54,974 nt of DNA, from NCBI GenBank assembly GCA_039589315.1, contig JBDHHQ010000023.1:1-54974 (forward strand), given 5' to 3'. Under the pieces are notes generated by a model. It was given only the letters and a program-made list of their open reading frames with translations. It searched no databases and was not told the DNA's origin. Position 1 is the stretch's first letter. Every line of letters starts with the position of its first letter. The translations under genes and the position numbers were made by a program. Origin of the DNA: Gemmatimonadota bacterium. GTDB lineage: Bacteria > Gemmatimonadota > Gemmatimonadetes > Longimicrobiales > Gaopeijiaceae. Of the stretch, positions 27,453 to 37,058 are shown one piece after another.

Positions 27453-28820
27453 ATGACCGACGAATTCGACTGGGAGGAGCTCCTCCTCTTCATCGAGGAT
27501 CGCGACGTCGTCCCAGTCGTCGGCCGAGAGCTCCTGACCATTTCGGACAACGGCACGACCAATCTGGTCGACTCGTTCCTGGCCGCCAGCCTGGCAGAAG
27601 AGCTTCGCGTCGACCGCGATGGACTTGGCTCCGCGCCCGACTTGAACGCAGTCGCTGCACAGTACATACGGGGCGGTGGGCCGCGGGCCAAGGTCTACTC
27701 CAAGCTCAGAGCGATCATGGGCCGCTCCGATTTCGCGGTTCCGGAGCCGCTGATGAAGCTCGCGGAGATCACCGACTTCGACCTCTACGTCAGCACGACC
27801 TTCGACTCCCTGATGGCCCAGGCCCTCGACAACGTCCGTTTCGGAGGAGACCCCGGAACACGAACGCTATCATACTCGCCCCACCGACAGGTCGTCGACT
27901 TGCCGATCGAGCTGGAACACCTGGGCGGGCCTCACGTCTATCAGATCTTCGGACCGCTGTCTTCGTCCCCCGAATACGCCGTCACGGACGAGGACCATCT
28001 GGAGTTCCTCCACCGCCTGCAATCCGAGCTCCATCGTCCCAAGCTTCTCTTCGACGAATTCCGCCACTATCACCTGCTCTTCCTCGGCTGTGGGTACCCG
28101 GATTGGCTCACCCGGTTCTTCGTGCGAACGCTTTCCAACGACCGACTGGGTTCCCGGGAGACCTCTGAGAAGATCGCCGACCGACGTGCGGTGGGAGAGG
28201 TCAACCTCTCCATGTTCCTGAGAGACTGTCGAATCGAGGTCTTTCCGGAGGGCGGAGCGGTCGAGTTCATCGATCAGCTCCACGACCGTTGGACGGAACG
28301 TCACCCGCATCAGGCCTCGGAGACGGCTCCCACCTCGAGGCCGGCCGCCGCGAGCCCCAAGATGGTCCCCGGCTCGATTTTCCTGAGCTACGCCAGCGAG
28401 GATCAGGAGCTGGTCGATTCATGGCGCGCGGCCCTCGAGGATGCGCATCTGGACGTCTGGTTCGACAAGCAAGACCTTCAGCCAGGCGATGCCTGGGACT
28501 TGATGATCAAGTCGAATATCCGGCGGTGTGACTTGTTCATGCCGTTCGTCTCTAGGCGCTCTCAATCCCGACGGGAGGGATACTTCCGCCGTGAATGGCG
28601 GTGGGCCCTCGACCGGGCCGAGGCCATGGCAGAGAGCCTTCCGTTCATCGTGCCCGTCATCCTCGATGAGACCCAGCAGGGCGCGGAGAACATCCCAGCG
28701 GGATTCTGGCGCAATCAGGCAATCAGGGCGCTGGGCGGCCGTCCCACGGACGAGGTCGTCGTGAGCATCAAGCAGACGCTGGAGCGCGTGCGGAGCCCGG
28801 AGGCGGCGAGGGACGCATGA
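27453..28820 (+). CDS. SIR2-like (SIR2_2-type) domain fused to a C-terminal TIR domain
   Basis: VVPVVG, YVSTTFDSL, YQIFG, LLFLGCGYPDW (SIR2-like); IFLSYASED, VWFDK..L.PGD.W, FMPFVS, YFRREWRWA, IVPVILD (TIR). Confidence 0.85.
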   Translation: MTDEFDWEELLLFIEDRDVVPVVGRELLTISDNGTTNLVDSFLAASLAEELRVDRDGLGSAPDLNAVAAQYIRGGGPRAKVYSKLRAIMGRSDFAVPEPLMKLAEITDFDLYVSTTFDSLMAQALDNVRFGGDPGTRTLSYSPHRQVVDLPIELEHLGGPHVYQIFGPLSSSPEYAVTDEDHLEFLHRLQSELHRPKLLFDEFRHYHLLFLGCGYPDWLTRFFVRTLSNDRLGSRETSEKIADRRAVGEVNLSMFLRDCRIEVFPEGGAVEFIDQLHDRWTERHPHQASETAPTSRPAAASPKMVPGSIFLSYASEDQELVDSWRAALEDAHLDVWFDKQDLQPGDAWDLMIKSNIRRCDLFMPFVSRRSQSRREGYFRREWRWALDRAEAMAESLPFIVPVILDETQQGAENIPAGFWRNQAIRALGGRPTDEVVVSIKQTLERVRSPEAARDA

Positions 28821-31800
28821 CCGGGTCGAGCCACTCACCCCCCGACCAGGCCCTCGAGACCAACAATCCCTACGCGGGCCTCAAGGCCTTCAGCGAACAG
28901 GACAGCCAGTTCTTCCACGGTCGGGAACGCGAGACCGAGGCGCTCTACAGAGCGGTACGCGGCTCCACCGTCACCGTGCTCTTCGGTGCATCCGGTCTGG
29001 GCAAGACATCGCTGATGGCAGCCGGCCTGTTTCCCCGTCTCCGCCGCCAGCTCTTCTTTCCGGTCTTGGTTCGCGTTGGGTACGACGGTGGATCACTCGG
29101 GGCCCAACTGAGGGAGCGCCTGTCCGAAGAGGCCAAGAGACACGGTGTGAAGGCTCCCCTCTGGCCAGGCGGGCAGACGATGTGGGAGTACTTCCACCGG
29201 GCCAAGTTCTGGAACCGCCGCACTCGTCTTCTGACACCCGTGCTGGTTCTGGACCAGTTCGAGGAGGCGTTCACGCTGGGTCGCGACCGAGCTGACACGG
29301 ATGAGCTGCTCGAGGAGCTCGGTGACCTCATCGAGAATCGCATCCCGGCGTCGCTTCAGGAGGCTATGGCGCTCGGCGACGGCGACATCCCCGCCGGATT
29401 CGAACGTCAGGACTACCGCGTGCTCCTCGCTCTTCGAGAGGACTTCCTTCCTGAGCTCCAGGAGCTTCAGGAGCGCATCCCGGCCCTTGCTCTGACCCGC
29501 GTTCGCCTGACTCGAATGAACGGCAGCCAGGCCCGGGAGGCGGTCTTGCGGCCGGCCTCCGACATCGTTTCAGAGGAGGTCGCGGAGGGCATCGTGCGGT
29601 TCGTGGCCCACGCTGGGGATCGAGGCGAGGGCGGGCCGAACGCAGTCGCGCTCGACCCGGAGAGGATGGAGGTCGAGCCGGCCTTGCTGAGCCTCTTCTG
29701 CCGAGAGCTCAATGAGCTCCGGAGACAGGCACGCTCGCCGACGATCTCCGCCGACCTTCTGGATCGACAGGGCGAGCGGATCATCGAGGGGTTCTACGAG
29801 CGATGCGTCTCCGACGAGCATCGGGCTGTGCGGTCGTTCATCGAGGATCGTTTGATCACGGCATCAGGCCACCGAACGGCCCAGGCCCTCGAGGACGCCG
29901 TAGGGACACCGGGCGTCACGGCGGCATCGATCGAGCGACTCGTCGACCGTCGGCTCCTCCGGCGTGAGGATCGCCTGGGTATTCCCCACGTCGAGCTCAT
30001 ACACGACCGACTCACCGACGTCGTTCTCGAGAGCCGCCAGCGCCGGCTGGCGCGCGAGGAGCAGCGAAGACGTACAGCACGAGCGCGGTTGTTGGGGGGC
30101 GTCGGCGTGCTCGCGCTCCTCGTCTCGCTGGGCGTTTTCAAGGTCGCAGCCGATCTCCGGAGGCAGGCCGAAGAGGTTCGAGCGTTTTCGATCCTCACAC
30201 AGGCTCCCACGATCGACGATCCCCTGACAGCCGCCCTTCTTCTCCGGGAGGTGGCCGAGATGCCTTCGGAGCGAGTCGTCGATCCGGTGGGGGCGGTCCG
30301 GGCAGCCCGCGCAGCACTCGGTCCATGGTATTGGCCCCAATCGATCTTGGTCGGACACGACAACGAGGTGCGGGACGTGGCGTTCAGCCACGATGGAACC
30401 AGGATCCTCACAGCATCGTTCGACGGGACGGCCCGGATCTGGAACGCCGACGGCTCCGGCGAGCCGATAGTCCTCGCTGAGCACGTGGACGCGGTGCGCA
30501 CGGCACGGTTCAGTCCCGATGGATCGTCGGTTCTCACCGCCTCACTCGATGGATCCGTGCGGCTCTGGGACGCCGATGGGTTCATATTGGACACCCTCGC
30601 GGGTGCCGCGGGGCTTCCGGGCGTGGGCGTTCTGGACGTGAAGTTCGGGCCGCGGGGCAGACTGGCTGCAGTAGCCTTCGATGATGGGAAAGCGGCAGTG
30701 TGGGACATGGTCGCGGACTCGACCCGCCTGTTCATTCCTAGGCCGTTCACCCGGGGGAACACGTGGGGTGTGGCCTTCGACGCTGAAGGGAGGAGGGTCG
30801 CCACGGCTTCGGCGGCTCGCGGGAATGGATCCTGGATCTACGACCTGGCCGGAGCCGACCCCGTCCGTCTGGAACACCCTCAAGGGGTCTTCGCCGTCGC
30901 GTTCGGTCCACGCGGCGGCTTCCTCGCAACGGCCTCCGCGGATGGCCACGCTCGCTTGTGGAACTTGGACGGTTCGCTGGAGAGGCAGTTCGCGCCTCCA
31001 CACGCTGGCAGCGCCCGGGCAATCAGCTTCGACGGTGCGGGTGAACGGATCGTGACCGCGTCCGTGGATCGTACCGCTCGAATCTGGAGGGTGGACGGCC
31101 AGGACTCGCGCGTCCTTGCAGGGCATACGGGTTCTGTGTGGACGGCCAAGTTCAGTCCCGACGGCCGATGGATCCTCACGACCTCGGACGATCACACCGC
31201 AGCCTTGTGGGATACCAGCGATTCAACCTCCACCAGCTACCTGCGGGGGCATCGGGCCCGAGTTCGGGCCGGTGCTTTCAGTCCCGACGGCAGCCTGATC
31301 GTGACGGGCTCCTCGGACGGATCCGCTCGGGTGTGGCGTCGGCAAGCTCGGCCGCTGGTGGACCGGGAGAGCAGATTCCTGACGGTCGCCATGAGCCCCG
31401 ACGGACAGCTCGTGGGCGCGGGGGCCGACGACGGAACGGTCCGCGTGTGGCCGATCGAGGGTGGCGATCCTCGGACCTCGACCCAGCACGGCGCGCGGGT
31501 CCTTCGCGTACGATTCGGACCGTCAGGCCAGCGCCTTGTCTCCGTATCCCGCGATTCCACCGCCCGGATCCTGGAGATGGACGACCCCGAAGCCATGGTG
31601 ATCCTTCCGCATCGTGCGGTGGTCCTGGACGCCTTTCTCGCCCACGATGACTCAACCGCCCTGACGCTTTCGGCGGATAGCATCGCCCGATTGTGGGGCC
31701 CGAATCACCCCGACACCGGCCGTGTGCTCGAGGGTTCGGGCCGCATCGCCGCAGTCGCCCTGCGCGGCGAACGTGTGTTCAGCGCCACCGGCCGTTCGGT

Positions 31801-32632
31801 CGCCGTTTCGAACCTCGATGGGGTGGTCGAAGTCGTCTTGCAGGGGGGATTCGAGACCGACCCCGACGTCCGGTCACGGCGTGATTCTGCGCTGGTACTT
31901 GTCGGTGGCCGGGACGGTATCCCCGGCGGGCATCTGGGCCCGATCGAGTCGCTCCACGCGAACCGCGTCGGCTCACATGTCGTGACGGTCTCCTCCGACA
32001 ATACCGCAAGGGTTTGGAGGGTAGATACGCCGAGCGAGCCACTGCTCGTAATCGAAGGAAGACGCGACGGGCACCGGATGGGGTTCGCCAGAGCTCCAGG
32101 GGAACCCGCGAGCGACACCGTGTTCCCCATTCCCGGCCATCGCGCGCCCATTCTTGCGGCATCGTTCAGCCCTGACGGGCAAACGCTCCTGACTGCCTCG
32201 GCCGACTCCACGGCAAGGCTCTGGGACTTGGAACGGGGGCAGGCCGTCCGCGTGCTCCGGGGAGACGCACCGATGATGAGCGCCGAGTTCAGCCTCGATG
32301 GAAGGCGAATCCTGACCTCCGACAGTAACGGCACGATCCGCGTCTGGGACGCGTCCCGACCTGGCGCTCCCGTCGACATCACGGATGGCGCTGTTGGGCC
32401 GGGTAATGCCGCTCTGAGTCTCGATGGATCGATTCTCGCATCGGCTAGCCGAGAAGGGCGTGCACGGCTGTCGTGGGTCTCGTGGCACTTCTACCGGGAA
32501 CTCCTACGCGAGTCTGTTCAGGCATGCCTCTCGGCAGAGGACCGTGTCCGGTACCTCGCGGAATCGAACCGCACGGCGAGGCGCGAGGAAGAAGATTGCC
32601 GGCGAAGGCTCCGCGACGGAGGCCTCGACTGA
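28817..32632 (+). CDS. nSTAND1-type STAND NTPase with a hydrophobic segment and many WD40 repeats
   Basis: NPYAGLKAF...FFHGRERE, Walker A GASGLGKTS, Walker B VLVLDQFEE, LALREDF, ELIHD; repeated GH...V..AFSPDG..ILTAS.D.TARIW units; ATGA overlap with the upstream gene. Confidence 0.92.
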   Translation: MTGSSHSPPDQALETNNPYAGLKAFSEQDSQFFHGRERETEALYRAVRGSTVTVLFGASGLGKTSLMAAGLFPRLRRQLFFPVLVRVGYDGGSLGAQLRERLSEEAKRHGVKAPLWPGGQTMWEYFHRAKFWNRRTRLLTPVLVLDQFEEAFTLGRDRADTDELLEELGDLIENRIPASLQEAMALGDGDIPAGFERQDYRVLLALREDFLPELQELQERIPALALTRVRLTRMNGSQAREAVLRPASDIVSEEVAEGIVRFVAHAGDRGEGGPNAVALDPERMEVEPALLSLFCRELNELRRQARSPTISADLLDRQGERIIEGFYERCVSDEHRAVRSFIEDRLITASGHRTAQALEDAVGTPGVTAASIERLVDRRLLRREDRLGIPHVELIHDRLTDVVLESRQRRLAREEQRRRTARARLLGGVGVLALLVSLGVFKVAADLRRQAEEVRAFSILTQAPTIDDPLTAALLLREVAEMPSERVVDPVGAVRAARAALGPWYWPQSILVGHDNEVRDVAFSHDGTRILTASFDGTARIWNADGSGEPIVLAEHVDAVRTARFSPDGSSVLTASLDGSVRLWDADGFILDTLAGAAGLPGVGVLDVKFGPRGRLAAVAFDDGKAAVWDMVADSTRLFIPRPFTRGNTWGVAFDAEGRRVATASAARGNGSWIYDLAGADPVRLEHPQGVFAVAFGPRGGFLATASADGHARLWNLDGSLERQFAPPHAGSARAISFDGAGERIVTASVDRTARIWRVDGQDSRVLAGHTGSVWTAKFSPDGRWILTTSDDHTAALWDTSDSTSTSYLRGHRARVRAGAFSPDGSLIVTGSSDGSARVWRRQARPLVDRESRFLTVAMSPDGQLVGAGADDGTVRVWPIEGGDPRTSTQHGARVLRVRFGPSGQRLVSVSRDSTARILEMDDPEAMVILPHRAVVLDAFLAHDDSTALTLSADSIARLWGPNHPDTGRVLEGSGRIAAVALRGERVFSATGRSVAVSNLDGVVEVVLQGGFETDPDVRSRRDSALVLVGGRDGIPGGHLGPIESLHANRVGSHVVTVSSDNTARVWRVDTPSEPLLVIEGRRDGHRMGFARAPGEPASDTVFPIPGHRAPILAASFSPDGQTLLTASADSTARLWDLERGQAVRVLRGDAPMMSAEFSLDGRRILTSDSNGTIRVWDASRPGAPVDITDGAVGPGNAALSLDGSILASASREGRARLSWVSWHFYRELLRESVQACLSAEDRVRYLAESNRTARREEEDCRRRLRDGGLD

Positions 32633-32789
32633 CCCCTGGCGGGTCATGGAGGCAAGTCCCAATCGCGTTCCTTGCGCGCTTCATAGGTTCCGGCGAATAG
32701 TGTCAGTGATCTCGGTCGGGATCCCCCCGTCCCTCCGTGCTCCGCCGCGGAACCGCCGTCGGCCCGCACCTAGCTCCTGGAGTGACGTG

Positions 32790-33569
32790 ATGAGCACCTC
32801 AATTCGTGATCGACGCAGTGCGCCACCGTCCCTGACCGCGTGCGCCACCGCAGTCCTTGCGATCGTCGCGCTACCCCCGGCCGTGGCGGGTCAGCAGTAT
32901 CTGAGTTGCGAATGGGACACGACTTTGGGGGCGTATCGCGTCGGGGGGCTCGACGGATCCTATCCGCTCGAAGTGAATGGCGAAGCATTTCAGTTCGATT
33001 GCCAGGTGGTCCTCACCAGCTTCACCCTGAAGATGGTCTTCCAGCCCCGTGGCGTGGACGATGGGGTCTTCCTCGCCAAGCGGTACTCTTACAGTAACTC
33101 GTACGATGACGACGATTTCTCCTTCGCCATGGGCCATATCGACGGCCAGGTAGCCGTCCTCGCCCGGGGAATCGAAGCCCTCGACAGCTATTCGACCAGT
33201 GACGCCCAGGTGTTGGGTCTCGTCTTCGAGCCAGACCGGCTCACGGTCTATCGAGATGGTCAGGAGCTCTTCTCCCAGGACTACGGCTACCTGTCCGGGG
33301 ACCTCGGCGACGGTCCGTGGTATCTCGGGGCCATCCCCGGGATGGACGCAGAGGATGCTCCACCGTTCTGGGGATGGGTGGACGAGTTGATCCTCAAGCC
33401 ATCGGCGGACACCCAATTGGCGATGGAGGGGATCGGCGTGGATGATCCCGATATGCGGCGGGCGCCGCCGGTCCCCGACTGCGAATGCGTTTCGTCGGCC
33501 CCGCTCATCGGTTGCTTAGACTGGGAGCCGGACGGATGTGGCGGTGACCCCTTGCTTCACGAGGAGTGA
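32790..33569 (+). CDS. Secreted LamG/concanavalin-A-like domain protein
   Basis: Signal-like leader; LTVYRDG, WYLGA, FWGWVDEL jelly-roll motifs; Cys-rich acidic tail. Confidence 0.6.
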   Translation: MSTSIRDRRSAPPSLTACATAVLAIVALPPAVAGQQYLSCEWDTTLGAYRVGGLDGSYPLEVNGEAFQFDCQVVLTSFTLKMVFQPRGVDDGVFLAKRYSYSNSYDDDDFSFAMGHIDGQVAVLARGIEALDSYSTSDAQVLGLVFEPDRLTVYRDGQELFSQDYGYLSGDLGDGPWYLGAIPGMDAEDAPPFWGWVDELILKPSADTQLAMEGIGVDDPDMRRAPPVPDCECVSSAPLIGCLDWEPDGCGGDPLLHEE

Positions 33570-33645
33570 GCGGTGGCCGGACGGTCGTCCACAGGTTGAC
33601 GGCTTCGCTTCCGCGACGGGGCAGTCGCTGAGGTCCCCTCCGCCC

Positions 33646-34425
33646 CTACAGGGGGTTCTTGATCAGCTCCTGGATCCGCGCTCGGTACGTCTCACCCGTG
33701 GTTACCTCGTGGCCGGATTCCGTGAGGATCACGAAATCGCCGTTGAACCAGGGCTGGATCTCCTTGACACGGTCCAGGTTGACGATGGCCGACCGCTGGA
33801 CCCGGAGGAAGTGCTGGGGATCCAGGGCTTCCTCCATCTTCTTCATGGTTCCCCGGATGAGGTGTGATTCAGAGCCCACGTGGAGCGCCACGTAGTTGCC
33901 CTCGGCTTCGATCCACTCCACGTCTTCGGCCATGACGAAACGGATGCGGCCCTGACTCCGCGAAACGAAACGTCGCAGCGGCCTGGTACCGCCCCCGGAT
34001 CTGAGCTCTTCCAGGATGTCGAGGAGCTGCGTCCTGGCGTCGGGTCCTCGGGCCGACACCAGCTTGCTCACTGCGCGATCCACGGACTCCGAGAACCGGG
34101 CCCGGTCGAACGGCTTGAGCAGGTAGTCGAGGGCGTGCACTTCGAAGGCCTTCAACGCGTACCGGTCGAATGCGGTCACGAAGATCACCACCGGAACCTG
34201 TTCCTCGTCGAGGGCAGCCAGCACCTCGAATCCGTCCATCTCCGGCATCTGAACGTCCAGGAAGACCAGGTCCGGTCCGTGCAACTGGATCGCCGCCACC
34301 GCGTCCATCCCGTCTGCGGCCTCCGCCACGACCTCGACGTCGCTCCGGTCCCGCAGAAGCGATCGGATTCGCTCTCTGGCCAGCGCCTCGTCATCGACAA
34401 CGAGGGCTCTGACCACGTCAGGCAT
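33646..34425 (-). CDS. LytTR-family response regulator
   Basis: LVVDDEALAR, FLDVQMPEMDG, FVTAFDRYA, DYLLKP, WIEAEGNYV, FLRVQRSAIVN. Confidence 0.95.
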   Translation of the reverse strand: MPDVVRALVVDDEALARERIRSLLRDRSDVEVVAEAADGMDAVAAIQLHGPDLVFLDVQMPEMDGFEVLAALDEEQVPVVIFVTAFDRYALKAFEVHALDYLLKPFDRARFSESVDRAVSKLVSARGPDARTQLLDILEELRSGGGTRPLRRFVSRSQGRIRFVMAEDVEWIEAEGNYVALHVGSESHLIRGTMKKMEEALDPQHFLRVQRSAIVNLDRVKEIQPWFNGDFVILTESGHEVTTGETYRARIQELIKNPL

Positions 34426-35638
34426 CCTCTGTGTGACTGGAGGCAGCCGGCGTGTCGGCGCCATGATCGGCCGCCGGCCCCTCTGGCCCGGTGGCGGATA
34501 GGTCGGTGATAGAGGCAAACGGCTCGGCGTGGCGCTCCGTGCCGGATCGCCCGCCCCCTGTGTCGAACGGAAAGGACATGCGAGCGAGCACGCCACCTTC
34601 AGGGCGATTGACCAGCTCGAGCCGGTGGTCCGGCCCATATAGCCGCTTCAGGCGCTCACGCACGTTGGCGAGCCCAAGGCCGTCGCACTCCGCAGAGACG
34701 AATCCCTCCGGCAAGCCCGGGCCCTCATCGCGAACGGACAGCTCGAGGATCCCGTTCCTGCGCGTGGCCGAGACGTGGATGCGGCCCGGCGTGGAGCGTT
34801 TTTCCACCCCGTGTCGGATCGAGTTCTCCACCAGCGGTTGGAGGATGAGGTGCGGCACTCGCGCGTCCAGCGCCTCAGGATCGACGTGAACGGAGACCGT
34901 GAGGCGGTCGGGAAAGCGGGTCTCCTCGATCTCCAGGTAGCTGCGCAGAAACTCCAACTCCTCCCGGACGGAGACATCCTGCACGCCGATCTTCTCGATG
35001 GTGAGCCGGAGGAGGTCGCTGAGCCGTACCAGCATCCGCTCCGCCGCGTCCACGTCCCGGTGCATCAGGGCGGTCACGGCGTTCAGGGTGTTGAACAGGA
35101 AATGGGGCTGGAGCTGCATGCGCAGCACCTGGAGCTGGACCTGGGCCAAGGTAGCCTCCAGCTGACTCGCCCGGAGCTCCCGGTCCCGTACGCGCCGCCC
35201 GTACTCCACCGCGTGAACGGCGACGACAAGCACTGCGTAGGTCAGCACGTTCGGGTAGAAATCGAACAGGAACGCGGTCCGCGAGAATCCCCGTCCCGGC
35301 ATCCAGGGCAGAACGCCTCCGGCACCCACGTCGATGGCGTACTTCGCCACGGCGACCACGATCCCGAACGCCACGTGCGCGGCCACCGCGCGCCGCCACG
35401 CCGCGGCCTCCACGGGAAAGCGCCGGGACGCCCACACGACCGTCGGCAGGAGCAACGCCCACAGGTACCAGTCCGTAATCGACGGCAACATGGCGGCGCC
35501 CAGGGAGATGCTGTTGTCGGGATAGGCATTGTAGAGCAAGTAGGTTCGGCTCCCGAACAGGATGCCGAGCCCCGTGGCCCCGGCCACGACGACTCCTGCC
35601 TTCCATGCCCATCCCTTTGGGCGCGAATCGCCATCCAT
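34418..35638 (-). CDS. LytS/YehU-type membrane histidine kinase
   Basis: Several TM helices; LRMQLQPHFLFNTLN, LQPLVENSIRHG, DEGPG, GLGLANVRERL. Confidence 0.95.
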   Translation of the reverse strand: MDGDSRPKGWAWKAGVVVAGATGLGILFGSRTYLLYNAYPDNSISLGAAMLPSITDWYLWALLLPTVVWASRRFPVEAAAWRRAVAAHVAFGIVVAVAKYAIDVGAGGVLPWMPGRGFSRTAFLFDFYPNVLTYAVLVVAVHAVEYGRRVRDRELRASQLEATLAQVQLQVLRMQLQPHFLFNTLNAVTALMHRDVDAAERMLVRLSDLLRLTIEKIGVQDVSVREELEFLRSYLEIEETRFPDRLTVSVHVDPEALDARVPHLILQPLVENSIRHGVEKRSTPGRIHVSATRRNGILELSVRDEGPGLPEGFVSAECDGLGLANVRERLKRLYGPDHRLELVNRPEGGVLARMSFPFDTGGGRSGTERHAEPFASITDLSATGPEGPAADHGADTPAASSHTEDA

Positions 35639-35947
35639 GGCGTGAAGATGCCCGCTGCGCGAGGAACGGTCCAGCCGCGGCTGAGCGAGAAGGCTCGCCC
35701 CTTCCCTGTTCATCGGGGCGGTCCCGGGTCCGGCCGTAGCCTCGCCCCCGATAGCGAGGTGAAGGCACGAGCTCCGAGCCGAATCCAAGGTAGCAGGACA
35801 CCACCACCCCTGGCAGCGCCTTGGGGTGAACCCGGGGCTGGCTGGGATCAACCCGTGCTCTGACCGTGCGGGGCGGTTCGCACGGCAGAGGCCACCGATC
35901 AGGCGGATCCGTCACCTGATCCGGTGCGGGTCCACACCGTGAGCCCC

Positions 35948-35980
35948 CGGCTTGGTCCCTCTTCCGATCGGGTTCGCCCC
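35948..35980 (+). promoter_or_regulatory. Candidate LytTR-binding imperfect direct repeat
   Basis: CGGCTTGGTCCC (35948) and CGGGTTCGCCCC (35969), 21-bp periodicity, upstream of the cytochrome gene; a related CGGTTCGCAC near 35875. Confidence 0.45.
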
Positions 35981-36058
35981 AATCCCCGCCTCCCCACGCC
36001 GCCACGGCGATATCATGCCCATGTGGCAATTTGTTCCTCGCGACGCGGAGTGGCGGAA

Positions 36059-36829
36059 GTGAACGGGAAGCGCGGTCCTTCAAGGGCGCCCATCCTCATG
36101 GGCGTCACCCTCCTGCTGTCGGCTCCAGCGTGGGTCGCCGGTCAGGCCCGGATTCCGGAGGAATTCACGAACCTGCAAGTCCTCGACGAAGACATCGAGC
36201 GGCGCGAGCTCATCGGCCTGATGCGGAACTTCACCATGGGGGTCGGCGCGGGCCGGTGCAGCTATTGCCATACGGTGTCGGACGGGCTGGATCAGCCTGA
36301 CGACGACTTCGCCTCGGACGACAAGCCCCAGAAGAAGAAGGCCCGCGCCATGCTCCGCATGGTCCAGACCATCAATGACGAGCACCTGGCCCAACTCCCG
36401 GAGCGCAGTGAGCCGGCCCTGGAGGTCACCTGCATCACGTGTCACGCGGGCAAGACGCGGCCCACCACCCTCGCGCAGGAGGTTACCTGGGCCGTGGAGG
36501 ACGGAGGCCCGGACGCGATGAGGGCGCGATACGACGAGCTCCGCGAGGAGTTCTTCGGACGCGGAGCGTTCGACTTCGGCCCCGGATCCCTGGAGGCGGT
36601 GGCTCAACAGAGGGGCCGAACCGATCCGGCGGGGGCGCTGGCCGCCATCGAGCTCAACCTCGAACACCACCCCGAATCGGTGGCATCGTGGCTGATCAAG
36701 GGCCAGATCCACGGCCTCAACGGCGAGACGGAGCAGGCCATCGAGGCGTTCGAGCGGTCCCTGGAGATCTTTCCCGGCAATCCCGTCGCCACCGAGCAAC
36801 TGGAGCGGCTCCGGGGGAGTGGGGGCTGA
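36059..36829 (+). CDS. Periplasmic dihaem c-type cytochrome (photosynthetic reaction-centre cytochrome-like domain) with C-terminal TPR
   Basis: Signal peptide; FTNLQVL, CSYCH, DFASDDKP.K..AR.ML.MV..IN, CITCH; TPR helix pair AIEAFERSLEIFP. Confidence 0.85.
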   Translation: MNGKRGPSRAPILMGVTLLLSAPAWVAGQARIPEEFTNLQVLDEDIERRELIGLMRNFTMGVGAGRCSYCHTVSDGLDQPDDDFASDDKPQKKKARAMLRMVQTINDEHLAQLPERSEPALEVTCITCHAGKTRPTTLAQEVTWAVEDGGPDAMRARYDELREEFFGRGAFDFGPGSLEAVAQQRGRTDPAGALAAIELNLEHHPESVASWLIKGQIHGLNGETEQAIEAFERSLEIFPGNPVATEQLERLRGSGG

Positions 36830-36931
36830 GCCGACGGTGACCGCCGCGTCGTGAGGTCCCGCCGATCGTTCGGTGGTGACCGGGGTGGAACGCCAAGGGC
36901 CCCTCAGTGCGCCATTTCGGGCGGATCGGAA

Positions 36932-36980
36932 AGGGCCCCTCGGGAAGCCGCCACCTGCGTAGCGATTCCCGAGGGGCCCT
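36932..36980. terminator. 15-bp perfect inverted repeat between convergent genes, probable terminator
   Basis: AGGGCCCCTCGGGAA-N19-TTCCCGAGGGGCCCT. Confidence 0.7.
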
Positions 36981-37058
36981 CATGGTACCTCGTTCGACCC
37001 CGCGACCGGTCGAGGCTACCAACCCCGATCTGATCGGGCTCCAGGCTTGGCGCCCGAG

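Noticed and set aside
30340..32480. WD40 repeats as a possible diversity-generating or recombination cassette
   Set aside because: Repeats are divergent at the DNA level; no template/variable repeat pair or reverse transcriptase
36059..36829. Reaction-centre cytochrome similarity as a sign of phototrophy
   Set aside because: Only two haem motifs, fused to a TPR, and no puf/bch genes nearby
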